Positions 22,657-35,206 of a stretch of DNA of 64,000 bases are shown here, one piece after another. A program made the position numbers and the translations under genes. The stretch lies in the NCBI GenBank assembly GCA_016618085.1, contig JABLTG010000121.1, positions 1 through 64,000 of the forward strand. The letters run 5' to 3'. The notes below the pieces were generated by a model that ran no database searches, was not told where the DNA came from, and was given only the letters and a program-made list of their open reading frames with translations. The stretch is from Neovahlkampfia damariscottae (Eukaryota). Numbering within the stretch: the stretch's first letter is position 1; the number at the start of each line of letters is the position of its first letter.

Positions 22657-25091
22657 TTATTTTGGACTGAATATTTGAACAATTGACCTCCTTTTAGCTT
22701 TTGCATTCATTTCTTCTTTCAAATCTGAATCAAGAAATCTTTTCCAAGGATCTGTTAAAATGTTCAATTTTATATCTTCCACAATGATTTCAAATACGTC
22801 GCTTGTCAAATTTCGATACTTCTCCCCTAACTTGACGTGATTCATTACATCTCTAATGAGTTGTTCTGAAATATTAATTTCTAAAATAGAGCATCTGTCC
22901 ATAAATGTTGAGATGATTTCATTTGCTTTTTTTATTCTTGCTTCAACTGATGTTAATGATTTCATTTTTTCCACTTCTTCAATAAAAATAACATTTTCTT
23001 CTGCTCTCTCTTTTTTCAAGAACAATTTGAAATATTTTCTTTGATGAGGATTTTTTAAACATCCAGAAAGCGATAATACATTATCCTTTGTTTGATCTTC
23101 ATTATTACCATTTGTTGAGATGACTTTGTTTTGAACCAGTTCTTTTTTTTCAAATTCTTCTTGTAATTTTTTCAAAGTATTCACCAATTTTGAACAATTA
23201 ACTCTATCTGATGGAACAGGTTTCAGCATTTGTTTAATTAGTTGAAGGATTTTTGGATCAATTGAATTTTGATATTTCTGTAAAGTAGCCTTTAGAGTTG
23301 CATAATAAGGAAATTCTTTTTGTATCATTGATTTTTTTGTTGTTGTTACAATGGTTGACAATTTTTTCTTCTTTGAAATTGAATTCTCGCTCTGAGATCT
23401 TGAGAGTGAAGATGATTTCATCTGAGCTCCAAAGATCGATTCAAATTGCGAAATATCCTAAAAATTAAAAATTGAACAAATTTCTTACAACATTTAATCC
23501 CAATCTTAAAAAAATAAGTCCCAAAGCGAATATATTGCCTTCAACTGTTGGTGCATCACCATGACTGTATTCTGGAGGTGTAATATGTTGATGTGTTTTT
23601 GAATCCACAATAAAACCTGGATCAAGAAATAATTCACTAAATGTGCTGGATAAGAATATCCTTGGTTCTGATATTTCTCCTAAATCAAAAATATACGAAT
23701 TTGAATGTGAATATTGTAAAACTATTGATAGTTGTAACATAAAATTAATCAATTCCAAATTTTTTAAATGAGCATTTGATTTGACCCTTGTATCAATGAA
23801 TTGATCAAGTTGAGTTTCCAATAAATTAGTAACTAAAAATAAATCCATTTTTTTATCATTTTTTTCTTTGAATATATCTTCCAATTTGACTAAATTTGAA
23901 TGCTTATATTTTTGTAAATACTAAACAAAGGCTTAATTAAAAATTAAAAAATCAAACAGAAATAAAAGCAATTTCTGCTTCTGTAACGCTTAAAGATAAA
24001 TGTTTTGCCAAATAAATAATTCCATTAACTTTGTGTTGGACTTTGAATATTTTATAAGGTACGTTATCCGTAATTCCTTTTGATTTTAATTCAATAACTT
24101 CATATAAATCAGAAAAATGAGCATTTTCTGATCTTCTATAATTCTCTTTGACATAAACTCTCCATATATTACTTGATTTAAATTGTTGATATATTTGTTT
24201 CAATATTTCATAAACTTCAATTTCAACGTTGTCAAAAGCATGTGGTTCATCATTATTATACAATGCTTGACATTCATAACGAATCTTTTTTGGTAAAGGA
24301 AGCGCTACTATTGATTTTTGAGCAATAAAATCACAAAATATAGTTGCGTAAAGGTCATCTTTTTCAGGACCTATTTTTAAATCTCTAAAACGATGTAAAC
24401 TTTCATAAAATTCAAAATAATTTCCATATCCATAATCCTCTGAAAAAATTCTGAATAGTTCAACTTCTCTTTTTTTCTTCATCATAGATTCAAAATTTGT
24501 TGAAAATTTTTCATTTATTCCTTCTTCCTGCACTTCAATTATTGGGTTGTAGAAATTTAATCTTAAATCTTTTGAAGAAGCAGGTTTTTTCTTCATTTGT
24601 GAGATTAATCCTAAATTACTTCCTTGTTTTTGAATTGTATCTTTCACTTTAAACGAGTTGGATAAACTTTTTGAACTTGAAATTCCAATCGAAGGAACAA
24701 TACCATCAGAACCTCGTCTCAAAAGAACTTCACTGTCTTCTGATATAACATCATCGTATCCTTTTTCAGATCTACTACATTCATCTTCATCTTCTGCGTC
24801 TACTTTTTCTATTGCAAATGGAGAAACAACTTCTTCTTCAACTTCTCCGTATCCACCACCACCATAAAGCTGATCCATTTTGAGTTCATTTAGTTCAACC
24901 TCCAGCAGAGCACTTTTCTTTTTTTCTTTCATCAATTCTTCTTCTAGTTGCATATTTTTTTGTTTTAATAAATCAATTTGTTGTATGTATGTTTGTAATT
25001 CAATATCTTCTGGATGAATCTCATGTGAAAGTAAAAACTTATTCAATAGTCCTTGTATTTGTATCAGTTGTTGTTTATCTTCTTCTTTCAT
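22657..25091 (-). CDS. RGS - pseudokinase - RGS protein
   Basis: RGS1 ELFRIFSEDYGYGNYFEFYE...IYQQFKSS; kinase fold YLAK, HSNLVKL, ITPPE, NIFALGLIF, PSDR but no HRD and DPG for DFG; RGS2 YFKLFLKKERAEENVIFIEEV...DPWKRFLDS. Confidence 0.8.
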
Positions 25092-25268
25092 TACCTCTCT
25101 CAACGGAAAAGGGTTTCAAAACTTTAATTGGAGGAAATATTAGCCAATCAGTTTTATCTTGTCAATCGAAATGGAAAAAAAAATTGTCAAAAAAAATTAT
25201 CTAAAATTTATTGAAGCACAGAATTTATCATGACATTTTTTTTTTTGACCAATTGAATAATAACTTCC

Positions 25269-26617
25269 ATGCACAAACACAAACATCACAATGAGAGGAG
25301 AACAACTCGCGACTCAGGAAATTATGAAGATTATAACTACAGAAATTACAGAAATGAAAGATATTCCAGGGATGAAAGACACAGAAATGAATCAAGAAGT
25401 TATCGTGATGATTATCGAATAGAAAGATATTCTGAATATCACAACGAAAAATATCGGAGAAGTTACAAACAAAGAAGTAGGTCACAAGAAAGAAGTTACA
25501 AAGAAGAAAGAAGTAGAAAATATGAAAAGAGAAATGACTCAGAAGAGACTTACAAATATCATTCTTCATATAAATCAAAATATAAAAAAAAACCAAAGGA
25601 ACAATCAATTCATTTTCAATTAAAAGGAGTTCCTCATGGATGGATTGAATGTAGTGAATATGGTGATGTACTTAAAAATACAAATATAATTCCATTAAAA
25701 ACACCTTTTGATAAATCTAAACATACAGTTAAATGTAAGGAAGAAGAAAAGATTAAAAAAAAAAAAACAGCTTTTATTAATGTTCAAGAGAAAGACTTCA
25801 ATCGAAAAGTTACAAAGATTATTGATTTAACGGATACAACAAGGTTTTTTATTTTGAATTACTTAATTTTTGAAGGTATTATTCTTCAGAAAATATTCCA
25901 GAAGGTGTAGAATATGTAAAGATACGAATTCAAGGAGGAAAAGGAGGTTTATTTTTTATCATTAATTTTGAATTTTTAGGTCTTGGAGGAACAATTCAAG
26001 ATATTGAATCTTTTTCAAAAGCTGTTTCATCCAATTTGGATAAAGGAGGATTTACAGCTGTTCATTGTAAGAAAATCTAAAATTTTGTTTTAACAATGTT
26101 ATCTAGGCACCGTAAAAAAAAAAATAGAAATTTTGTAAATTTTTTAAAGCATGGATTAAATAGAACTGGATTTTTATGTTGTCATTTTTTACTCTCAATG
26201 AATAAAGAGATGAAAGTTGAAGAGGCAATTGAAATATTTAATAGTGCAAGAAAACCAGGGTTCCATAAACAACGTTATATTGATAGACTTTATGAATTAT
26301 TCAATCAAACTGATTCAGAAAATTATAAAAAATATGAAACATATCCTGCTTATCCAAAGTGGTCAAAAGATTATGGTGAATATTCTTCAGTTGTTGTGAA
26401 ATCAACAACTAATGTTTTCTCAAATTCAACAATCCAATCTGAGAAAGATCAAAATTTGGAAACATTGTCAAATAAAATATTAAAAAAATTAGTATCTCAA
26501 GAAATAGTTGGAAATGATGAACCTTTGAAATTAGAAACTGTTAATGATGAGATGGTGAAAGAAACAAAAAAATCAAAACAAAAACCAAAAATTCTTGAAG
26601 AGACTGTTTTTGTTTGA
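25269..26617 (+). CDS. DUSP11/PIR1-like RNA 5'-phosphatase with an RS/RY-rich N-terminus
   Basis: VPHGW, IIPLKTP, IIDLTDTTR|YY; catalytic AVHCTHGLNRTGF rebuilt through a 5-nt micro-exon; AIEIFNSARKPG; no guanylyltransferase domain follows. Confidence 0.82.
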
Positions 26618-26663
26618 ATAAATGTTCCAAATTTATTGTCCAATCATATGATACTCAATCAAA

Positions 26664-29600
26664 ATGAAAATTAACCATCCATTGTTGGTCTTTGTTTTAT
26701 TTTGTTTATTCTTTAATTTTGTTTCTGCAAATACAAAATTAGATCAAAATTTATTGAATGTTTATGTTGTTCCTCATACACATAATGATGGTGTGATGAC
26801 TTTTTGTTTTGTTAAATTTTCAAAGTTGGATGGTTGGAAACACTTCGTCAATATTATGATAATTGTGTTAAACATATTAAATTCTGTCATAAATATCTTA
26901 AAAAAAGACAAAACAAAAAAATTTGTTTGGGTTGAGACTCAATGGATTGATTTATGGTGGAAAGAAGCATCAAATGAAGAAAAAACAACTTTAAGAGAAA
27001 TCATAAAGAAAAAGGATTCGAATTCGTTTTAGGAGCTTGGTGTATGAATGATGAAGCTACACCTACCTATTCAGCGATAATAGATCAAGTTACTCTAGGT
27101 TTGAAATAAGAATTGAATAATAAACTCAGGTCATCAATGGTTACTTGAGAAGTTCAATGTTACTCCAAAATATAGTTGGCAATTAGATCCTTTTGGGTAT
27201 TCTTCAGTTACTCCTTCTTTGTGGTCTCAAATTGGATTCAAAAACCATGCAATTGTTAGGGTGGATTTTGAATTGAAAAAAATGTTAAGAAAAGCAAAAC
27301 AACTTCAATTTTTATGGCAAGGATCAAAAAGTTTAGTTAAAAAAACAGAAATCTTTACATCAATATTTTACAATCATTACAATCCAGTGAATAGATTTAA
27401 ATGGGAACCAAGTTATCCAATGCATCTTGGTTCAGGAAATGTTCCAAGTATTGAATTATTTCCACTCAATTTTATTTCCAGTCACTGACAAAACTGTAAA
27501 GGCAAGAGCAGAAATATTCTCAAGAGCTATGAAAGAATGGGCTTCCGGATACAAAACCAACCATATTTTATATCCATTTGGAAATGATTTTACATTCATG
27601 ATCGGAACACATAATTTTGGTAATATGACCAGATTAATGACTCACATCAATGAAAACTCTGAAGTATATGGACTTAATATCAAATATTCAGTTTTATCAG
27701 AATATTTTGAAATTTACCGACAGATGTTGATTGGGACACTCGAAAAGTTGATGATTTCTATCCATAAGCTGACAGAGAAAACAGTTATTGGACAGTAAAA
27801 TCAATTTTCAACTAATGTCCCTAGGGTTATTTTTCTTCTTATCCAGAACTTAAAGATATAACAAGACAAGGTGAGAGTTTTGCCAGAAGTGCAGAAATAT
27901 TGTCCGTTCTTCAAAAATTGAAAAAAATGAAAAAATAGCCAATAATTGGGAAGAACACCTTCCATTAAGGGAATCTAATGCTATTTTACAAGTTTGAATT
28001 TTTTTTTGAATTAAATGATTCAGCATCATGACGGGGTTACTGGTACAGCAAAAGATTTTGTTAGAAAAGATTATTTTGATCGAATGCATTCAGGTATTGA
28101 TAAAGCAATAAAATCAATGGAAAAATCATTGAATGATATTATCAAATCTGAAAATGAAAAAGATGTAAAAATTAAACATACATATAAAACCATTGATCTA
28201 TCTTCAGTATCATCAATCTCAATTTAATCATTCTTTTTTTAGGATCAAAATTTGATTATTTACAATTCACTTTCTTGGACAAGAACAGAAATATTAAAAA
28301 TATATTCAAAATATCCAGTGTCAAATATTAAAGGACCAAATGATGAAGATGTATTATTTGATGTAAAATTATAATTTCATTTTTAATCTTTATTCAGATT
28401 TTTGATAACTGTGAAAATCCAAAGTTTTGTTTTACCATTTACATGCAAACTAAAATACCACCAATGGGATTTTCAATTTATAAATTCAAAAAAAGTGATG
28501 ATATTAAAAAATAAAGAAATTTGAATTTCAAAATGACAATAAAACGAGAAAATATGAAGAACGTGATATTCTTGATTTGACCTTTTGTGGATCACATTTA
28601 TGTCATTTAAAGAATAAAAAGTGATGTTGAAATCGATATGAAACAAGATTATTTATTATGTTCCTCATGATGGAGATGATGGCAGACAAAAAAGTGGAGT
28701 TTATATATTTAGACCAAAGAAAGACAAACCAATCAGAATTGATACGCATCCAAAAACAGTAGTTTTTGAAGGAAATCATGTTATTGTTGTTTCTCAAACT
28801 TTTTCAAATTACATTGAACAAAATTATACTCTTATCAAAAGAAATAATGAATTGAACGTTGATGTTAGACCTAGTATTCTACCAAGAAACCATGAAATTA
28901 CATTTAAATTATCAACAAATATCCAAAATAAAGAGATGTATACTGATGATAATGGACTTGAAGTAAAGAAAAGAAAAAGTTAGTTCAAATTTTTATCCTT
29001 GTTTTATTCTTCTTATATTAAAGATGAACAAAAACAGTTTACGATAATATCAAATAGAACTTTGGGAGTTGGGTATTTAAAAGAAGGTGAATTTGAAATA
29101 ATGTTTCATCGAAGAACTGATTATGATGATGGAAGGGGAGTTGCTGAAGAATTGAATGATTATTCAACTTCAAATCTTGGAATGAAAATTATTTTTGATA
29201 GAAAAGAAGGTGATTATTGAAGTATAACTAATATTTTTTATAGTATCACAAGCATTGAGACATCGATTGAGTTATGAATTAAATTTTCCATTGGAAACAT
29301 TTTTATTGGATAATTCAAAAAAGATCAAGAACGTGTATGTTCCTGTTGCTTGTAAAAAGAAATTTTTTTAAATATATTTCAAGTTGATCTGCCAAGAAAT
29401 ATTCACCTCCTTTCATTTCAAAGAAATTCAAAAATTCGAATGATATTTTGATGAGATTTGTAAACATTTTTGAAATTGAAGAAAACAAAAAATTATCAAA
29501 CACAAAGTATTCCTTTAAAGAATTGGTTGAGGAAATTCAAAATCTCAAAATTTGAAGAAACTTCGTTATCAGGAAATATGAATTGTAAGACAAAAAATTA

Positions 29601-29694
29601 TCTAATTCGAAAAATAGATGGAGAAAAAAATCCTGAGATGATTAAAGTCTCTCCTATTGAAATCAAAACTTATTTAACAAAACTTGAAAAATAA
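26664..29694 (+). pseudogene. Lysosomal-type alpha-mannosidase (GH38) pseudogene
   Basis: VVPHTHND|VGW, MNDEA, WQLDPFG, PFGNDF, YWTGYF, QHHDGVTGT, SGVYIFRP, YTDDNG, FHRR..DDGRGV; several frameshifts (~26878, ~27014, ~27715, ~27930, ~28990) and an in-frame TAA at 27765. Confidence 0.8.
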
Positions 29695-29699
29695 AAAAT

Positions 29700-32078
29700 T
29701 TAGTCAAGACAAATTATTTCAGGTTCAACTTCTCTGATATAAATTTGTTGTTCTCTTTTGAATTTGATCTCATTTTGTGATTTCACTTGTTCTTCAATTT
29801 TCATTTTGAAAGTTTTTTCATCTTCAATCGGAGCCTCATCATCAATTTCAATAATTTCTTGCATTGTAATTATTTTTTCAGATTGAATATAGTCCTTCAA
29901 GTATGGAATCTTGTACTTGAGATACGCTCTACAATCAGAAAAAACTTCATTTAAAAAATCTTCAACAGAAATCAATTTTAAATTATCATCAAATTCATCA
30001 AATTCATCAATATCATTGTGAAATAGTTTATCATATTGATTCCACCAAGCTATTTTCATTGAATGTTTATATCCAAGATGTAAAAACAACATAATAGATT
30101 TGAAATAAGAAACCATAATTTGTTTGTTTGCTACACATCCAGCATCAGGAAAAATGATCAAATTTTTTGGTTTCAAATAATTCAAATCCTCAGTGATGGT
30201 TTTTCCAGATCTCAAGAATTCAAATCCAGCAGCTCCTAAATGTTGAAATTATTAAAAATGAAATGAATAAAAAACCAATGAATGGAATTCTCAATCGATA
30301 TGCTGCGACTAATGATTTCAAACTACCTTCACATAAACCGATATATGATTCACCATTAGACAACTTTGGACAACATAATTTTTGTATTTTTTGATGGTGT
30401 TTTTCAATTTTTTTGTTACTTTTAAAAATCTCATCATGAACCCAACAAAATAAAGGAACATCACCATTTGGAAGATAAATTGGTAAATCATTTTCATTTT
30501 CAAATGAACTTGATAACCAAACATATTTTTCATTTTTTTTTACTCTATCAGGTTTAATTTGAGCACCAACGATTTCTTTAAGTACTGAAAATGCAGGAAT
30601 GAAAATACCTGATCTACCACATGTCACTAATTCATTATTTTCATTAACAATAATTCCTGGTAACCATTTTGTTATTTTTTCATCAGTTGATAAATATGCT
30701 CTTCTCCAACTTCTTAAGAATAATTTTTGAGATATTTTTGAATCTAAATTTCTTGATTCAAGCTCTTGTGCATGATCATCATTCAAATACTTCATATAAT
30801 TATCCAAAATATGTGCATATGTTTTATTTCTTTCCAAATTTGTTATTAAATTTTCATTTTCAAATCTAGGTAATTTCTTTAAGAATTCAAATGCTGCATT
30901 CCTTTTTGCATCTGTTTTATTTTTTTCAATAGATTCTCCAATAATTGTAATTTCTTCATTTCTTTTTGTGATAATACTTGCTTTATATTCTGCTCTATAT
31001 TTTTTTCCAGATAATATCTCAACTGTTTCGGAGGGTTTTACATCATATCTATCATGGAGTATATCTTTCATTAATGAAATTGGTTGCAATTGAATTTGAA
31101 TTTCATTTTCAACCTTCTTTTTTGGTAGTCCTAAATATTCTTTTTTGATTTGTTTTTTCTTGTTCTGATATTTTTGATTTAACAAAGTATTGATGATGTG
31201 AATTAATAATTTGATTATTTGACGCCTCAATTCTAATTTTATTTTCAATATAATCACTCAAATAACTTGTTTCCATTAATTGAATAATCATATTCTCACA
31301 AGCAATATTTTGAGCTTATCAATTAGATTTCATATTATTTTCATTTACCAGATTTTTTATTTGATGAAATACCAATTCCAATTAAAGAACCTAATTTATC
31401 TTCTAACATAGGTATTTTTATTTCACATCTATGAAGTATTGTATTCTCTTTAGATGCAATAGTAATGGCATTCTTCTTGAATAATTTAAAACAAAGTTGA
31501 GTGATGTAAACAGTTGAATTAGCGACAGAATGATCAACATCAGGTAATTCTACTACTTTTTCAATCAAATTAAATAATTCTTTTGTGTATTTCTTCACTT
31601 TTTGTGCATGTAATTCAATTTCAATTTCATTTGATTCAATTATTTCTAAATATTTATCGACCACTGAAAAGCATGAAGATATTTTTGAATCTTTAATTTT
31701 AAGAAATTTAGTTGAGTTTACCTTTTGATTTTTTACCCCAACCTTGTCCATATAATAATAAATTTTGTTTTGAATCTCGTATGAATATTTCAGTAGTGAA
31801 TCCTTCGTCGTGACCTTTTTCGTTAATGGCTTCGGCGTCCTTGAATGATAAACTATAATAATGTTTGTGTCCTATTTCAGTCATCCGATTGATTATTCCT
31901 AATTCCTTCAAAAAAAATAAATTAAAAAAATAGATTCAAGAACTTTGATTTTATATTTTTTCCGAAGGACTTGGTTGACTTCTATTTTTTGAATTTTATG
32001 AACAGGTTCATAGGTTTGATTTTTATTCTCTCTTTTTCTTTTAAATCCTGATTTGATACCGATACAAATCTCCGTCAT
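29700..32078 (-). CDS. Three dsRNA-binding-like domains fused to a TOPRIM/primase-like domain of cyanobacterial plasmid Rep type (~733 aa)
   Basis: Introns 31906-31943, 31691-31721, 31315-31348, 31233-31266 (tentative), 30236-30275 give a 2202-nt open frame; dsRBD-like C-terminal helices GWGKKSKDSK, SSNKKSAQNIAC, KNKTDAKRNAAF; TOPRIM-like LCEGSLKSLVAAYRL..IGAAG...IFPDAG...IAWW..DIDE. Confidence 0.7.
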
Positions 32079-32213
32079 GAAGATCCGTGGTCAGCTGAAG
32101 TCTTGTTGGATAATAGTTTTTGAATTGAATTGTTATAATATCACTTCTTCTGATGAGTTTTTACAAAAATCACACCTTTGATTCTTCCGACTTCTTGTCC
32201 AATCAATTTTGTG

Positions 32214-33062
32214 ATGAAGGAACTTTTGATGCTATTGAATGAAGACACCATCGGAATTATTCTGGATTTCTTTGAAATAAGTGAACTAATTTCACTTTCT
32301 TATCTCTCAAAGAATAATATTTTAACTACAACCAGTGAAAATCATTCAAGATTCAAAGAACTATTCCAAGAATTCAAATTTCTGTACAAAGTAACATTTT
32401 TTTCTGAAGACTATGACATATGTGAACGAAAAAAAATTTTTTTATTAATTGAAAAAATTAAAAAGAAATCAGGATTGCATTCTTCAAAGTTAATAAACAT
32501 ATTGTTACTGGGTGATTCAAAAGTAGGTAAAACATTATCTATACGTTCAAAGTGTCATGGAAAATATTCTGAAGGTTTAATACCCGACATATTACATCAC
32601 ACTTATCATTATTATACGAATAAATTTGATGAAAAGAAGGAAAAGTATCATTTTTCAATTGCTGATATCATTGGAGAAACAGAATACTATACTGAGAAAC
32701 AGATTTATGACTTTTGTCTAAAATCACATTGTTTTGTATTATATTATTCGATTGATGATCGTAAATCATTTCAAAATATCAAATCAACATGGTTTGAATT
32801 GATCAAAGATTTTGTTGCGATTGGGAAACCTGTATTGTTGGTTGCATCAAAATTAGATTTGTATGATAATAAATCCAAAGAGAAGTACGTGTCAAAAGAA
32901 GAAGGAATGAGATTATCTAAAGAAATGAAATGTCTCTTTGTTGAAATTTCCACGAAAACAAATTTGAATTCAGTTAAAAACATGTTCGAAAAAGCAATGA
33001 TTTTATCAATATATCACAATGAAAATGAGGTTTATAAAAACAGAGATTGTAATCTACAATAG
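32214..33062 (+). CDS. F-box + Rho/Ras-like small GTPase with a CaaX end
   Basis: LNEDTIGIILDFFEISELISLSYLSK (F-box-like); LLGDSKVGKT, DIIGE, YSIDDRKSFQNI..W, VASKLDL, EISTKT; C-terminal CNLQ; intronless. Confidence 0.75.
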   Translation: MKELLMLLNEDTIGIILDFFEISELISLSYLSKNNILTTTSENHSRFKELFQEFKFLYKVTFFSEDYDICERKKIFLLIEKIKKKSGLHSSKLINILLLGDSKVGKTLSIRSKCHGKYSEGLIPDILHHTYHYYTNKFDEKKEKYHFSIADIIGETEYYTEKQIYDFCLKSHCFVLYYSIDDRKSFQNIKSTWFELIKDFVAIGKPVLLVASKLDLYDNKSKEKYVSKEEGMRLSKEMKCLFVEISTKTNLNSVKNMFEKAMILSIYHNENEVYKNRDCNLQ

Positions 33063-33168
33063 TTAATTTTTAGAATTGATATTTTATAAAACTTGTTCTA
33101 CAAACCATATGAATACATAAATCCCTGCATGATAATGACACCTCAAAGGAATAATGGAAATCTTTTAT

Positions 33169-34068
33169 TCAAGAAATTAAACAAAAATCATCATCTTGAT
33201 GTTTGTGCACTTTTTGTTTTGGTAATAATTCAACTTGATGCATTGAATTAGAAATTTCCGTTTCATTTTTTGAATAAGGCTTAAAATCACCTCTACATAA
33301 TATTGTATTGCCTTCTTCATTTTGAATTCTTTCCCAAACAATGTTTTTTTCATTCTCATATCCTTCGTCCGTTACTAATGTATACAATTGATCTTGATAT
33401 TTACAAAGTGTAGAAAAATGATTATTGCGAAATAATATGAATAGGGATCCATTTTTTAACTCTTCTTGTAACTTCATCAATCCATAAATAGATAACTGAG
33501 ATGATTCTAAAAATAATTTCAATTCATCATCATGTGATTCGATTAACTTTTCTATAACTTGATTATAACTTGTATCATACAGTTTTGAATATAATAATTC
33601 ATCTTGTGGATCAATTAACCAACCTCAAAATTTTTAATCTTTTTTTTTTCCAAACCATGCACAATTGAAACACCAAACACATCAAAAATATCAATTTCTT
33701 TTGTGTACTCAAATGAGTTTATATCTTTGAATTTAATGTTGATATTGATTCCTTTTGTTGAATTTGAAAGTATTTCAATTAATTCATCACAGTTCGGCAA
33801 ATTCTAAAAATTAGAATGAAATAATGTTTTACTTTTTGTAAAATATAATCCACTAATATTGAAATTATTTCTTCTTGTGATATTGGTAAATTATTTCTGG
33901 GTATGGCAGAAACTATTTTTGAATTTCGAATTAGCAAAATGTTCACTAAAAAAGTCATAGATTAAATAGAATACCAATTGATATTAAAGAACAAGGTCCA
34001 TTTTCATTTTGTAAAAGAATACATGTTTTATTTGTAGGTCCTATCGTAACGAGTTTTTTCTTGAACAT
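33169..34068 (-). CDS. MINDY1/2-type (FAM63) deubiquitinase
   Basis: LLQNENGPCSL (catalytic Cys), FEYTKE..IFD, HG|WLIDPQ, FRNNHFST (His), LVTDEGY, VWE; C-terminal CLIS CaaX. Confidence 0.9.
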
Positions 34069-34225
34069 CAATTCCACCAATGGAAGTTGAAACAATTAAA
34101 CCAATCATTTACTTTTTCAAACCAGAATCCACTTTTTAATATCAAATCGTTTGAAGTTTAGTTTTTCTTTCTTTCTTTTTGGAGGAGGGAAAATAATCCA
34201 ATCATATCAATTCTTCTTTCTAAAA

Positions 34226-35162
34226 ATGAGCAAAAGAAAAAGAATGAAAGTTTTGCAAAACCAAATTTATCCTTCCATAAAAACAGAGAGTACCAAATAT
34301 TTCAGTATGGTAAATAGAGAGAATATCATTTCAAGTCGTCAAATTGAAACTGTAAAAATTAGAGAAGTTTTATCAAATATTACAAATTTATTCAATGAAA
34401 TTTATTTTTTATTAGAAAAGGAAGATGATGTTGTTGAAAAAGGTGACTGGTGGGATCAAATGAAAAAAGTAAAAAAAAAAAAAAAAAAAATTCAACCAAA
34501 TTTAGATGGTTGGAACTCCTAACTCTGCACCAAATGAAGAGAAATTGAAATATGAAATAATAGAAGAGTTAGAAGAATTTCCTATAATACCCAGTTTTAC
34601 TATATTCTTTTTCAAAGCTTTTGATATTTTTTTAAATTTAATCAAAGGTATAAATTTGATATCATTAGTTTTGGTGATGAAAACACATTCATTTTTTCAA
34701 AGAGTAAAACCAATGTTAATTCAGTTTTCTGTAAAATTACAAACAAAAATTCAACAAGTTGATCTCAATGTGAAAGAGTCAATTGAAAAAAGAACAACAA
34801 AATTTTTAATGAATTTGAGAAAAAAGAGACCTGCTCAATATTATCAAATGTAAGTTTTAACATTGATTTTTAAACTGATCTGAAAATAGTATGTCTTTGT
34901 ACTTAAAAATGAAAAATGTTATAACGAAACCAAAAGATGTTTTGAGAAGATTGTTTTGGTTAATTTCATATTCCTATTTGAAAATATTTCAAATTCCAAC
35001 TTATTTATTAGAGAAAATGAACCCAAACTTGACAAGAATTTTGGAGAAGTAAGTACTTGTTGGAATTTAAAAATATCAAGGTCATGGAGTGATTTTTATA
35101 AGTACTGCACGAAAATATTAGAATTTTGGAGAAAAACAGAAGTTTTTAAAGAATTAAATTAA
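34226..35162 (+). CDS. Hypothetical protein (multi-exon)
   Basis: Consecutive + strand ORFs separated by GT-AG introns; N-terminal KRKR NLS-like motif; no family recognised. Confidence 0.55.
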
Positions 35163-35206
35163 AAATTGTTTTTTATTTGTCAAAAATTCTCCGATATTTT
35201 TCACCA

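Noticed and set aside
25269..26617. Full mRNA capping enzyme (RNGTT)
   Set aside because: Only the triphosphatase domain is present; no KxDG guanylyltransferase domain before the stop
29700..32078. Integrated plasmid, Polinton or endogenous virus around the TOPRIM-like gene
   Set aside because: No helicase, integrase, capsid or terminal repeats; the gene has host-type introns and host-like base composition and is flanked by ordinary genes
32074..32156. Possible box C/D snoRNA (TGAAGA...CTGA...CTGA with a 3-bp terminal stem)
   Set aside because: Box C is non-consensus, no rRNA target recognised, and it overlaps a predicted start codon/promoter; needs snoscan or Infernal
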